Shown in pieces: positions 31,551 through 46,168 of a stretch of DNA of 64,000 bases. Position numbers and translations under genes: made by a program. The stretch comes from Tubulanus polymorphus (taxonomy: Eukaryota > Animalia > Nemertea), in the NCBI RefSeq assembly GCF_964204645.1, contig NC_134028.1:25354345-25418344 (forward strand). Reading direction: 5' to 3'. How positions within the stretch are numbered: the stretch's first letter is position 1; each line of letters begins with the position of its first letter. The notes beneath the pieces were generated by a model, which had not been told where the DNA came from, did not search any database, and saw nothing but the letters and a program-made list of their open reading frames with translations.

Positions 31551-31959
31551 GTGAATATTTATAAAATTTTGAATCTATAATGTTATTTGTTTCGTTTAAA
31601 GTTGTTTAATGTAATGACGTAAGTGATATATTTCTACGCCGGACTATATTTTTGGGGTAATCCTATTTTGAATTATTTCCGGGTCACAGTTTTGACGTCT
31701 CCCTTCCCGTTTTGCGCCTGTAATTACATCAATTACGATTTCTACGGATAAACAATCGTGATTTTATGGTGTGGGCGTAACGTAAGTCGATATCGTATTT
31801 TGATTTAGATTTATATCTGGCTGATATTGGCAATTATCCCATCGATTTACGTCCTCAGACCCAAACCCTCCTCACTTGCCAGGGCATATTTGGAATAAGC
31901 ATTTGAATAACTAAACTAAAATCCTTTAACTGCCTGAAGTCAAACTATGAGCACTTATT

Positions 31960-32595
31960 CAACTCACAGACAGTTACTGACTGAACCACTGGGAGTCTTG
32001 TCACTGAATAAAAACTGCAGTCCCTTGTACGTATAGGCCTGACTTACTGACCTGTTTAAAACTGCTGCACTGCACATGGACCTGTGCTGGTTACTGTCCA
32101 AACTGCAGTCCTGTTACTGGCTTAACTGCCACAGGCTGCTGGACGCTGACTAAACTGCAGTTATCAACTTTACTGCCAGCACAGTCCGCACTGACTTACC
32201 CACTGTCAGTCTGTCTGGGGCTAGTTGCCCTTAAAGTTGTTGAGTTAGCCTAACCAATGGTTGCATGGATAGTTGACAGTGATGATTAAAAGTTCATTGT
32301 TACTAAAGTATTTATCCGCTGGTTATCTTTAACCAGCTTTTGAGTAACTGGCCTCTGGTTACTAACTAAACTGCATGCAGTCCAGTTACTTACTGACTTT
32401 CAGCTTCATTGCAGTTACTGACTAAGCCTAAACCGCAGTCTATAGAGTTACCAAAGGGTAGTCTGGTTAGTGACTAAACTGCAGTCCGATTTACTGACTG
32501 AATCATAATCCGTTAGCCTAACTGAACCACAATCTGTTTACTGACTGAACCACAATCCGTTTAATGACAGAACCACAATCCAGTTACTGAGTGAA
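31960..32595. repeat. Degenerate short tandem repeats (ACTGACTAAACTGCAGTC-like) in NudE intron 1
   Basis: Recurrent TTACTGACT, AAACTGCAG and AACCACAATC motifs. Confidence 0.6.
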
Positions 32596-32675
32596 ACGTA
32601 ACATCATTGTATACCCACATACTGTATTTGATTTCAGCGTGTTGAGAGTACACATCATCAGTCAGTCCGTTTTAG

Positions 32676-35600
32676 ATGGATCTTAGTAAAACGTTCAGCA
32701 ATCCTCAAGAGGAAATCAAGTACTGGAAAACATTCGCGATCGAATACAAACGAGGGTAAGTAAACTTGATATGCCGGTTTTATGTGAGAATAGATCAGGT
32801 AATAGACAGAAGAATTTCTAAATAATTCGAAGATTTGAGAATATTATCTCGAATCTACTGTCTGTCACGCGTATGTTCTTCGTGAATGTAAAATCCTTAT
32901 TGAACAAAACGATGTATTAATAGTCCTAAAGGCAGATCAACTGATTACTAAATCTTAAATTTCTTTCAATTCTGAATGGTAGGCTCGATGAAGCCCACGA
33001 AGAGTTGGACGAATTCCAGGTATCGAGCAGAGACCTGGAAGCCGAACTGGAAACACAATTGGAGCAGGTCGAAAAGAAAAATAAAGAACTGACTTCTACA
33101 AACGGCAGATTGCAAATGGAACTTGAATCAATTCAGGTACAGCCTCCTATTACGTTCTCGGCCATTTCGGTCTAGACGACGAATACAGTGAAATCTGGAC
33201 AACTTAATCCGCATCGTTTCATCCCAATGAAATTTGTTCGCGGTTTATGAAAGGAACTTAAAAGTCTGCTATGTGGGGAATCTGTGGTCAACGTAGTGAA
33301 GTTTGCTCGGTCTGGATTATAGGTGACGTGTATAGTGTAAAATCCTATCGGTGCATTCATTGTTTAGTGTATGACATCATGGCTGCTGAAATAGCGAGGC
33401 TTTAGATCATCCAACAAACACAGAAACTTGAGCCTAATTTTGATGTAATCTTCTATTTCTGGTTGGGGCAGCAGATATTTTGTAAGGGGTGGCTGATTTT
33501 CGGAGGGATGGATTTGAAAATGAAAGGGGTGGCTGCCTCTCTAAAACCTATCGCGGAGAATGCTGACTGTTACTGGTGGTCCCTGTTTTCTATGTCGGTA
33601 AGCTCGTGACTGGTCTTATCATTTTCTTATTTTTTTTTCATCGTATCAGGAGAAATTAGAGCAGCAACATCAGACGACTTTCACGCAGATATCTGACTTA
33701 CAAAACGAACTCGCTCAAGTGAAAGGATATCGCGATGAACTGCAACGATATATCCGAGAATTAGAACAAGCCAACGATGATTTAGAACGCGCTAAAAGGT
33801 AAATTCGTATCGAGCGACGGATGAAGGTGAAGAAAAAAAATGTTTTTAAAAAAATTTCGAAAAATTAATTTCTATCGAACAAATTTTAAAAAATGTTTGA
33901 AAAAATTTGAAAATCTGTGGAAAATATTGTACTTAGGAAAATGAGGCTCCTCCTCAAAACCCCCAGAAGGGTGATAGGCCTTTATCGGGTCTTTCTTTTT
34001 TCTAACCATCTGTTCATCTGATTTTTCAGAGCCACTGTGGTATCGTTAGAAGATTTTGAATTACGTCTGAATCAAGTAAGTTAGTTATTAATTCGAATAT
34101 CTGTTAAATGCTACGCCGGTTGAACTTCGGTTTACCTAGCCCGTCGACAAAGATTGGAGCTAATAACTGAACGCGCTATAGTTCGGTCGTTACATTCATT
34201 TCACATTGTCGGCCATCTTGGATATAGGTCCGATCGACGATGCTCAATCCCGTGGTCGACTATTTCCGGAGTATAGTTCCGGACTAAATCAAATTCGGTT
34301 TCCTTCAGTCCTACTATGGTCGACTAATTACAGTAAGTTCATCCTTTGTGGAACGAACGTGTTTCTATTTGTGTGTATTTTTTGCAGGCGATTGAACGAA
34401 ATGCATTTTTAGAAAGCGAGTTGGATGAGAAAGAGTTACTACAAACGACAATTCAACGATTGAAAGATGAATCTCGAGGTAATCTCGCTATAAACGCCTG
34501 TCTATTTCTGGTAGGAACAGTGTTTCTGATTCTGTTGTTGTTTATACCTCTGGGTAAACGCAAAAACACAATTACGTATCGTAGACGTTTTTTCGTCGCT
34601 CGATTCGCCGAGCGACACTCGGGGCATTTTAAACTCCTAACGGCCTTAGTTGTTACTGTCCGGGGTACAACTACAGTAAACCTACCTCAAATCGGGGTGA
34701 AAGAATTTATTTTGGAAAAACCGTCCATTTTCCCCCATTCGCCCCATCAAACAATCCTAAATGCGCCCTTGTATTTATCCAGCAGTTTAGAAACAGTAAC
34801 TTGAAGTTATAGTCGATTATAAAACACCCCTCAAATTATCGAATTATCGGTGATTATACCTTCAAAGCCCCAGTTATAAATATGTTTATTAAACTTGTAT
34901 TACTTATATGTATATGGACATTATCAGTATTTAACTATCTACATCATAATTAAAGTTTGGAGGTAATTTGGAGGCTGACTAGATATCTAATCTGAATGTT
35001 GTTGTATTATTTCATCTACTAATGGGCCACTTAGTGTCACAAGTCTCTCAGCAGCCATATTTTATAGAAAACTAGTCAACTGGCACTATTGTTGGATCGA
35101 CGAAGCCACCTCTATAATAAAGCGCTGGTGTATTTCGATTTTTTTTTCGTGACAGATTTGAAACAGGAGCTGGCGATTACGAAAGTCGACAGCGACGAGG
35201 AGCTGCACGAACCGGAGAATCATATTCAGAAAATCGGCGTCGAAAATGCTAAAGACCTCGTCGAAAACGAAAAAGACGTCTGCGACACGTCGAATTCGAC
35301 GGCGGAAATAATCGATTCGAATAAAGTGGTCGATTCGCTCGTGGCGCAATCGCCGCCTAAAACACCAACGACACCTACGAATAAAGGTAAGAGCCTCCTT
35401 GAAAAACTCCTCTGATTGGATAGTGCTATAAAAGGCGCTGCTCGAAACTCCTTTAATTCGAACAAAATGCCTGAAACTCCTTTAAAACTGAAGAATGAAG
35501 TTGAGAAATAAGCGATTAGAAATTTTTGTCTAGTTTGTAGTTGTACAGTGGACTACCAGTAGGCCTACCCCTAAACCGTTACAGTTGGGACCTGGGGTTT

Positions 35601-38600
35601 TTCTTACCTTAGTAGGCGGTTACCAAAATCGAAACAGAGTAAAGGATAAAAATTTGCTTACAAAACCACAATTACCGGTTTACTGAGATAAACTGAGTAC
35701 TAAAATTGGGATATAAAAGTGATGGAGACACTTCGTCGAAATATGTAATTTTCTCCTTGAAAACTCCTTATATTTAGAAATAACTGATCGGTAGGCGGCC
35801 TGTGGATGTACAGGCGGTCTGTAGGGCCTGTTAACTTGCTCTTGATTAGTAATTACCAACATCAAGATGCATAACTCCGTAAAACCTTTGAAAATTTTCT
35901 TTTCCAGGTTTTCCTCCATACACACCAGGTGGCAGCACGCCGCTGTCGACGTCGTCCCGAATTTCGGCGTTGAACATCGTCGGTGATTTACTACGGAAAG
36001 TCGGAGTAAGTCTCTGTCACGAGAGCCGATTGTGAAAATTCCCGAGTTCGCTAATCTGACCCTTGAGATCTTCGTTATTTCAGGCGCTCGAATCTAAATT
36101 AGCCGCTTGTCGAAACTTCATGAAAGACCAACCGCAAAACATACGTCGCACAAATACGCCGAGTCCTTTGAATTCTCCGAGGTGAGTTCTTTTTGAGTTT
36201 AATCGCGGCTTTATTTCGTTTGTCGTATAATTGTTTTCTCGATTGATCGTAAAGGTTTCACAGAACGACTTCATGGTAATTATCAGCGTGGCCACAGACC
36301 TTGAAAACCTGGAAAAAGAAATCCGGGAAAACATGCAAATTTGGCAGCAAATTTAACCAAAAATCTGTAGACGACAGGGAATTCGTTAACGTTATTGACC
36401 ACGTGTTTCTTTATCGAAACGTGGTTCAACGAAAAGTAAATGAATTGTAACATTTTGAATCTCAAAATTTCTCTGATTCACTCGGGGAATTTTGAGTAAT
36501 TACATGGAAATATCTGGGAAAACTCGGGGGATTAATGAATAGGCGGAAAGTGGCGCCACCATTGTGATCGATCTGATAAAGGGTTCCTACGCTCCATGAA
36601 GTCGTTGTAGTCTTCGAATTTGTCTCTCGAATCGAAGTCTCGAAATCCTCGTAATTCGCAACTTTTACTTGTGCGAAAAGTCCTCGAAAAACTACTATTC
36701 GCAGTCGTAGCATCGTAATCAATTATACTACTCGGTTGAACGGTCCTCGAAAAATTTCGAACGAAGATTTTTGAATCGCGCTCGTTGAATTTAATCTAAA
36801 TGGAAGCGTTTGAATCCCGTGATGAAACTTGTTCTGTGAAGTGAAGCTGCCCACAGGACTCGGTTCGCACGGTTTTTAAAGGAGGGCAAAGTCTATTTTA
36901 GAGTAAGAAATGGCTCAATTTCTGATGTCTTGTCCTAAGAGTTGAATTTAAATCTGTGATTTGCGAAACCGGGTCTTGCAGTACCTGTAATCTAAAGTGT
37001 ATGTGTATGAAAATCTGTTGTCCGCTGTGAAATATGATTTAAACACTTTATTCGTGTATTGAATGTTAAGTTTGAGCGCTTCGTTTGAGTTGAGAAATCA
37101 TAGTTATGAATACAAGAAACCATCGTCGTTAGTTGTTCTCGTAATCCGATTAATTTGAATATACGATCACTGATTACAGATATGTGGTTGTTTATACAAC
37201 GAATTGGTTAGTCCAACTGTATTATTATTATTATTATTATTATTAATATCATCATTATTAACTGCTATTATTCGCAGATCATCACCATAAAATACATAGT
37301 ATACATATGTATATTATTTATCTATACGTGTATATTATAACGCAGTAAAACCTCTTAACAGTGTACGCAGTAACTCATTAACTTGCTGTCTAATGTAAAT
37401 AATGTCAAATTATCCGTTAATAGATATATGACCTTTCCATAATGGTCGATTCTTAATTCTGTGAATGCATATCACACAACAGTGAAGGCCACTAAAGGAT
37501 TGGTCATTTGTCGGTGTCATTAGTAGGGACTGGCACTACCGACTGGAACTACTGACTATGAGCCCATTTTTACCAAGAGGCCATGATAGGTGTTCACTGT
37601 TTAGAGGTGTTCCGTGTAAGGTCAAGGCACTTGGTGTTCACGCTTCACATTGTTCATTTCTATGGTATTACATGTTTATAGATAGGTGTTCGTTATTAAG
37701 GCAAAAGGTGTTCACTATTCATACAATAAAGGTGTAATACCTTTTGGTTTGCGAGTTGCCTGTTGCACTACATCATATTATGTGCACTGAATTGCCTATG
37801 TGAATTCTAGTTATTTAAGGTGTGTCTCTTAATAGGAGTGCGTCATGGCTCATACCCTGGGTTGGGTGATCAGGCTGCAAGGTGCCAGTGTCAGACATTA
37901 TTGAAAGGTTCCCTATAGAAGTGGATGTGATCAGGCAGCTTGGTTTCAGTGAAGGTTCGCGCTCACTGTTCGCTGGTTTTACTGTATTATGATAGATAGA
38001 TACGAACTCGGTACATTACAAACACGCATTGCTATTTTGCTGTGCAGTTCTTTTCCCGCTCTGTCTTTCTTCACAGCAATAACCGTCATGCAGAGCTGCC
38101 AATCATCCCAGATCCCAAGAGAGTCCCTGAATGAAAAAGATCAGTCGGTTATCCCTGAATACGGCTTAGCCGAATCGACCTCCAGATCTGAATGTATCCC
38201 TGTTCAGAATAGCTCAAAATCTTTACGTGGTCCTGAAAATTTCCCCAATCTCGCAAACTGGCAGCTCTGGAGAGAACCCGTTTTGCCCCGTTTTGATAAT
38301 AACCCGATTAATCCAGTCGCTACAGTCGTCGGTATTTTCAGAACAGTTCGTCGTCCGTGAAATGTAAAAATCGACCCGTCTAAAAATACAAATCCGCAAA
38401 AATAGACGCTGCTCGTTTAAAGTACATACACGTAGTATTTCATATTCTCTCTGTTTGCCTCAGTTCGAGATTTTTATGCACCTTACGTAGATTATTCATT
38501 ATGTTTGTTGATTAGTCTGGTTTCGTAAAACCTGCAATATTGATGTCGGCCGCCCTTCCGAAGACTAAAACCTTCCTTGCGCAACAAATATGACTTGAGT

Positions 38601-41600
38601 TTCTGGCGACTATTGGTTCAGGGTCCTTTATGACTCTTTGATCGCTTAAATTCTCCTAAACAGAAAATGCTTTTCAAAGGTGCTTGAAACTCCTTTAATT
38701 TGAACAAAACTTCTTCAATTCTAAGTAATAGGCAATGATAAATTGGGGAAAAAAGTCTAGTTACAACCTGGATCGACCCGGATCCGTCCCAGCCTTTTCC
38801 ACTACAACTCTGTTTCCTTCAACCTTCATAATCATCGGTCAAAAATCCTGCGGTTTTGCGAAGGCGTTCTAAACAAATTTAATACTGTTTTGGAGAGTAA
38901 CACGCATGTTCGTTTGATTTGAAAGTCGTTGATGTTTGTTGTTTGATTTTCACCTCTTTCACAGAGTTTCAAACTTATAGTTTTCATTACAACGTTGGGG
39001 ACTCTTTCTCTCTCCTCTCTCTCTCCTCTCTTTCTCTCTCCTCTCTATATCGAGTTAGCAAATATGCACTTCTTTCGTTCGTAAATGTGACATATCCAAA
39101 CACACATCATGCATCACATCGAAATCTGATTAGGAAAAATTCAGGGAAAAGAGAAGAAACATTTCAGATATATGAACCAAGGGGGGGGGGGTGTTTCTTG
39201 AAAACCGGAATTGCCCTGTTCTGATAATCCTAGCAATATGAAGACATTTTGTTATCGAGAACAGGTTGGCAACGGACCTGGAAAACCTGGAATACTCGAG
39301 GAATCAGAAAAATCAGGGGCAACTCGATTAAACCAAATATCTGGAAAACTCTGGGAATTTGGATAATGTTATCGACCACGTGTTTCTTAATCTGTACATG
39401 ATTCAATGAAGAATCTTCACTCACAACTGTGGAACCGGGTCCTGGAAACCTCAGAGCAATTCGGATAATGCTGTTTACCGTGTGTTTCTTTATCAGTACA
39501 TGATTCACTGAAAAATGAATGAATTGTAACATTTTAAACCTAGAGAATTCTCTGATTCACTCGAGGAATGTCGTGTAATCGTATGGAAAAATCAAAGAAA
39601 ACTCAAGGGATTTGTAAATGGGCAGAAAGTGGCCACCCTGAAGAATAAAGATTAAAAAATTCAAGAAAATTGATTAAAATTTTTGATGAATAGATTTTGT
39701 TTTAAATCTTATTTATTAGACTGCTAGGTTAACCAGGACAGGGCTTGTTATGAAACTGAAAATCATCTTAGACTGAATTTTCAAAAAAGGTTAAAATAAG
39801 TTTTAAGATATGCTGAAATTTATCATTCATAGCAAATTGCCTTCGATTCAAGGTTCGAATGTTTTACGTATTTTGCATTTTCGCGCGAAAAACACGGAAT
39901 GTGAAAGAAAGCGTCTCTCGATTGTAAACACGATCTATTTCTCGCTAGTATTAGAGTGACAAATATCTATTCATCGCTTCGAATTTAGCAGTGGGTGAAC
40001 GTCATCAAACAGGTGCGTTGGAAGCAATGTTTTATCGCTGCGGCCAAAATGCCGATTTTGGACAGATTCTTAATATTGCCGCGGCGAATTGACTTAATTT
40101 CTTCAAAAACGTGGTATTCATAGAAAAAAAACATCATTCAGTAAATTATTCAGTCGCTGCACTTCCAACGCCACTGTCAAATACTTATCAGTCGTACTCT
40201 ATGGTTGAAACATACCTAGTAAGTAGTAAAGAAATGTGACTACATCTGTGCGAACAGGACTTAGATATCCATACAAATAGGATAGAAGATGTCCATGCAC
40301 GCGGACAAAAAATGTCGATGCAGTTAAGACGACGTCCTCCTCTTGCCTGTAGTATATTCCTTCACTACATGTATGTATGTAAAAACCAACTATGGAAATT
40401 TTGATAGCGATAGAAATTAAGGTTTTGTGTAATATGCCGTTCAGCCACTGTGAAACTGTTCGTTTTCGTTACAACTGCATCTGCAGCATTTTTGAGTTTG
40501 AATGTGTATGATGATGATGATGATGATGATATGAAATATGTTTTGTCCGTTAGTTTTGTGTTTTGCTGACAATGTCTTGTTGTAATGTAAGTAAATTCTC
40601 CGCGAGGAATGCTGCACTCACTACTATAGCCTGTTCAGTCTCTTCCGACGCCGCCGCCGAATAACGCCTGTTTTATTATTTTTGACCGGGATCCAGTTCT
40701 AGGTTGAGACCATGTCCATGTAATCCGTATATTCAAATTTAAACAAAGAACTGTAAAGCTGGGTCTAGAAAAATATAAGCCGCGATCACACGGAGACGAT
40801 TTGGCCCGGGCCAAATTGGCACGGATCAGGCTCGGGCCAAATTTTGCCCGTGCCTAATTAGAGAGCGCGTTCACACGCAAACCATTCACTCGATACTAAA
40901 CAATGCTTAAACAAAGGAAGTGGATCATTTCCGGTGGCAGTTGCAATTCAAACGCAATCATTTGTCTGGTGCTAAAATTAGGCTCAGGCCTGGTCCGACG
41001 TTTGGCACAGGCCAAATTTGGCCCGGGCCAAAAATGCTCGTGTGATCGCGGCTATACAGGACTCCCAGTTGCTGCGCTTGCCTTAAGATCTCTTACCTGT
41101 GACCATTTTGGTTCTATAGCCATTCTAACAACTTAAGACCAGTCTAAGCTCATTTTGGTTCTATAAACAATCAACCAAGTTAAGAATACTAAGCTCATTT
41201 TGGTTTTGTTGCCAAACATTTTCAAACTTGAGTCTTGCGAAATTGGGTAGTTAACTTAACTCACTAGAACTGGATCTGTCGAAAAAACAAAAGCTTTCTT
41301 TATTTTGAATATCTCGAATGGAATTATGGTGCATGTACACTGGTTATTATTTTTTATTATGGTAAAATTCGCTTTGATGTCATTTTTAAACACGACGCAT
41401 TTTGTCATTTCGATTACTGTATGTAGCAGATGAAAATTACAACCACAGAAACCGACGTTGATCCCAGAGAACTAAAACGAAACACGCTTCTTTTACGTAC
41501 AAGGATATCGAGATACAGCTTCCTATTAACATCAGTTATTGCCATAATCGATGAAAAACCCACAATTCCAACAAACCAAATTTTCAAAGAAAATCGTTTT

Positions 41601-44259
41601 TGTATCAAAATGCAGAGCTGTCGACTTTTTCCTGTTTTTCAGTATAATTTTTACTATTTGTTCCTGAGAAATACCGATGTGATTAGTTTGAACTGAAATA
41701 TGGAAGATGTTTACTGAGGGTCTCACTGTCGATTACTGATTAAGTAATGATGATAGTAAGGTTAGAGGTTAATAAATTGAGAGTTTTCTTTCATATTTCA
41801 ATGAAATATTATTTAATTATCACTCGTTTCTGAGATACCACTTGAAAGTTGGCAGCACTGAAAATAAATCTCAATAGGTTTTCTTTTAATTTGTGGGTTT
41901 TTCGTCAATTGTAGTACAGACACTCGATCGACTGCGTATAAAAACCACTACTGCTCTAATGCTGCTTGCGTTTGAATTTGTTTGAATTTGTCGTATGTTT
42001 TTGACAGCTTCGTTTGCTCGCTCGTTTATACCATGCGTATATATTATTTCTTCTCTATATTTGTTATATTAACCGCAGGTCTGACTTGGTAAAACATGGA
42101 CGACAAAGCAGGTGCTGTTTATAAATATCGTCTCCCTCGAAACGTCCTCATTTTCCGGGCTTTTAACTTGCACGTAACCCGCCCTGGCAAGTGAGGATGG
42201 TATAGTGTCGTCGATGTCGTCACTGTTGAGTGTATTTACGAAATAGATCCCGTATCTTGTTTTGTTCTGCTCCCGCCCGTAGTGAGAAAATAGGGGGAAT
42301 CATTGAATTGACATTCATAGGGCAGCTAGGGTTAGCATTCGTCCTGTTCTTTATGAACTTAGAGCCTCAAAAGATCCCCTAGTTTGTATCATTAGCTTAA
42401 TTAGTCTCTTTGTTCTGGACTGAGGATATATAGCCACGATCACACGGAGATGACTAGGCCAGGGCCAAATTGGCACGGATCAACCCTGAGTCTAATGTTG
42501 GCCACATCTTAGAGAGCGTGTTCACACACATGTATACTCAATCGATACTAAACAATGTGAAGGGAAGTTATTCATTTCCGTAAGCAGTTGCAATTCACAC
42601 GCAATAATTCGACCCGTTGGGCCCCCTGGCAAACAGTTGCTCCAGGCCAAAAATGCTTGTGTGATCACGGCTTAATATGTCATAATTTTATTAGCAAATT
42701 CCTGAAAATGAAAGAAGTGATCCTTTAGGCAGACCTGGATCAGTCTTTTTGGTCGGTCGAAATTGGTTCGTTCTAAAATGGAATCGACCAATTTTAGACC
42801 ATTCTAGATAACATAGTATGTCACAATGCATATTATGTGGGAGTAGTCTAATAGAATCTTCTCTTTAATTCAGTAAATTTTCCTACTGTCATTTTACTAG
42901 AAGTATTTTTTAATAGCTTCGTTATAGCACGGCCCTATAGTCGCTCCACGTCCTACAGTCCATCCACGGCCTATAGTTCGACCACGGCCCTAGAGTCGAT
43001 TCACGACCCCAGAGTCTGACCACGGCCCTAGAGTCGATCCATGCCCTAGAGTCCAACCAAGGCCCTAGAGTCCATCCACGCCCTAGAGTCCGACCACGGC
43101 CCTAGAGTCCAACCACGATCCCTGCAATCTAGCCAAGCAAGAGATGAAAAGCCATGTGAAATCCTTAGACCTATTTCAAAATTTAGCGACCAACCAAATC
43201 CTCCCCGCACAAAAATATTTCATTGCTAATGTCGCTCGATTTGTCGCTTAATTCCTGTTTTGTTTGTGTTCTATTAGAGACTCTAATTATGACGTTACCA
43301 GTAACCGTTCTTCAGTTCATCGAAACAACTTAAAATAGAATATAAAATGCAGTTTGTTTGTTTTTTTTTTTTTTAATAAACTTTACACGATTATTGTGCT
43401 GTTTTTGCTTTCTTCGACCGTACCTTCCTCTTGCCTACCATAGTTTTTTTCGTGTGTCTTTAACAAAATAAATGAATGAAAAATCACTGATGGTCACTCG
43501 CACTGATGCACCGTTTGTTAATTTCTAGCATGTTCCAGCATCTCCATTCAAGCTTTAAATCGATTTTTTTTTTCATTTTTTTAGTTTGTTTATTTTACAA
43601 TCAAATTCGCTTCGAGTTGTCACATTGGTCAGGCCATCTCTATGTTCATCCTAATGACTGAGGATCGAATACTGTACCGGCTATCCCACCCGATGGCGTC
43701 CTAAAAATAGGACAACTCGATCTAATCATGTAGATTTCTAGCCTCCCACATTAAAACCCTTGCAGTGCTGACTAATTGATACCCGAAAGTGCTGGAGTTA
43801 TTAAGTCAAAAATATTTGAAATTCCACCCAGAATGATTGGCATACTGCGTTAGTGCATCTACACCTTGGTGCGGTGTATCATTAGTTACTAATATTGCAC
43901 TGTGTTTGACAGATGCGGAATCCTGGACCGCTTCTACGGTCGTTTATATTTCCAGTACAATTTAATCTTGAGCCATCATTCGAATAAGTCATTGACTTAA
44001 TGACTGACGACTGAAGAAGCGAGTTTGACTATGTGCTTTAAGTTTTTAAACATGTATGATTTCGATAATCGATGAATTACGTATTTAGAATAATGTTCCA
44101 ATGTTTCACGTAGTGTAATAACGACGAGGAACTGCTTATAACTGTTTCATAACGTTTTTGTTTTTTTTAATCTCTTGCAGAGCAAAGCGTTTAAATCGAG
44201 GTGCTACGTCGGGCAGCAGTAATAATACCCAGTCGGGACTAGTCAAGGTCGCTCTTTAG
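32676..44259 (+). CDS. NDE1: Nuclear distribution protein NudE (NDE1/NDEL1 orthologue), dynein/LIS1 regulator
   Basis: Exons 32676-32755, 32983-33136, 33650-33798, 34030-34075, 34388-34478, 35156-35386, 35908-36005, 36084-36181, 44181-44259. Motifs: [89 protein letters not shown]. The last exon (RAKRLNRG...GLVKVAL-stop) is the least certain. Confidence 0.93.
36284..36560. mobile_element. MITE family B (TIR CAGGGTGGCCAC)
   Basis: Shared internal sequence (GACCACGTGTTTCTT...AATGAATTGTAACATTTT) with copies at 39262-39640, 49653-49870, 55768-56031 and about 58720-58836. Confidence 0.8.
39262..39640. mobile_element. MITE family B copy with an internal duplication and a family C fragment
   Basis: Ends GTGGCCACCCTG; ACTCACAACTGTGGAACC inserted at about 39419. 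Confidence 0.75.
40778..41053. mobile_element. MITE with AGCCGCGATCACACG TIRs (possibly Harbinger-like)
   Basis: Perfect 15-bp TIRs in TA-rich flanks. Second full copy at 42432-42672 and a fragment at about 48765-48811. Confidence 0.8.
42928..43116. repeat. About 19-20-bp minisatellite (CCACGGCCCTAGAGTCGA)
   Basis: About 9-10 degenerate tandem units. Confidence 0.85.
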
Positions 44260-44400
44260 AAGAATATCAGATGAAGACGTGTATTAGGTGAAATTATAAG
44301 CCATGTTCACGCTGGCGCTAGTTAGTCCGTTCTCATTCGGCCGAAAACCAGAAAAAGACTGGAATAGACTTATCTCTGGTCCATTCTTGGAAGAAAACAA

Positions 44401-44788
44401 TAGGGTCCCTACGACTCCTTCATTCCTTAAAAATTCCTTTAAAATGGAAAATACTTTGAAAGGTACTTGAAACAACTTTGATTTGAACAAAATGCCTGAA
44501 ACTCCTTTAGTTTCAGAGAAAAAAGCAATTAGAAATTTGGTCTAGTTTATAGTTGTACAGTAGACTAACCCGAAATGGATACATTTGGGACCTGGATTTA
44601 GAAACCAAGTTTAGGTAGTGAAAAGTTAGCTTACAAAACCACCGAAATAATGGTTTTAACAGCATTGATCTCGGAGGAGTCTACAGTAATTGGGATATGA
44701 AAATGATGGAGACACGACTTCTCGATATTTGAAATTTTCTCCTTTAGAACTCTATGTATCCGGGAATGACTGATCTGTAGGGATTCTG
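44401..44788. mobile_element. MITE family A (TIR CAGGGTCCCTAC, internal GAAACTCCTT motifs) in the NudE 3' region
   Basis: Related copies at about 35400-35830, 38619-38770, 50939-51255 and 56553-56943; the last has both TIRs. Confidence 0.8.
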
Positions 44789-46168
44789 AATGAGATCCTT
44801 GGAACGTTCTAGATAGCGTCATCGTGTGGACACAGCTATATATATATATCTCTACTGTTATGAATGGTGTTCGAAGGGGAAGCATTTTGCTTTCGATGTT
44901 GTCTGCAATGGTACAAAAAACCTCGGCTGTTTAATCGGTGCTACGTACATGATGTGATGACTTCGTAGAGATTTTCCACAGCGCGATCGACGACAGCTGA
45001 ATTCATCAAAAAATCATTTGCGTTATTTTTTTTTCGGTCGAAAAAGCTTTAAAAGCTGTACAGCAGCAGGGGTGAGATTGATGTAAGAAATTTCATGATA
45101 TTTTCGTTTATTAGAAAGGGTTGATGCACTTTTCTGGAGAATGTTCGATCTTTCTGTTTAACCTTTAGAACTGCACTTCTTTCAGGCCTTTGTTTAGTAC
45201 TATATGTAAAGAATATTCATATTTTGAAAATCTTAAATGTGAAAAAAAATCTTTAAAAAATACCGTGTATTTTTACAATGTAATAATGTGAAAAAAAGTA
45301 ATAAAAAATGAAGATTCCATTGTGCACCAATCTCATTCCTGGTACAGTATGATAATGGTATGAGAATTACATGGCTGGAGAATGTTTTAAATTGATGTTG
45401 AAATATATTTACTGAAGAAATCTGGTGAGAAAAGTGTGTTTGAGCATGTGAAATGTTTGTAGGCTCAACCGATAATCTAATACATGTAATACCAGTAAAC
45501 CATTAGACGAAAGCTCACATGTAAAATATAACATATGATCTACATGCCGGTACGAATGATGGTTTTGTTATGGAAAACATTTTGGGAGTTATTACAAAAT
45601 TCTAAATTTCTCTTGAGCTTCTCTTAAAAGCTGTCATCTTATATCAATATACTGTGATGCAGTGTACTACTAGCAAATTCCATCACTAATTTATACACCA
45701 CACTGCGTTGTAGACTCACTGAAAGGGTTAACTCTGAATCATTTATTTTTTTTGATTGATTCAGTCTATCCTATAATCAATTTAGGCGTTAATCCTTTTT
45801 TTAAAATTGTGCCTCGGTCAAATTTCGGTAATTCTCGCGATATTTCAACGATATTTAAATTCGCTCTGCTATAGAGTTTGAAGAGTCTCTGGTTGAGATG
45901 GTGTCGTTCGTTACCGGTGGAATGGACAGACGTACGCGTTTTCCGATGTTTATTTTTAACGATAATGTATGAGTGTATATTTTTGCGGTGCGTTGGTTAT
46001 CTTCAAACTAACCTCTACCGGATAATTGTGAATATTTATGAAATGATGCCATTCTTTTAACCGATGTTTTTTTGATATTATAACGTTGTTGATGAGGTTT
46101 TCACAGAATTATGGTTACGGTTCCTCTCTTTATCAGTGTGAATAATTGCATTGTTTTTCTAATCCGAT

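Noticed and set aside
37989-38360. 123-aa ORF in the NudE last intron
   Set aside because: No recognisable homology, and it overlaps repeat-like GCTGCCAA...TGGCAGC sequence.
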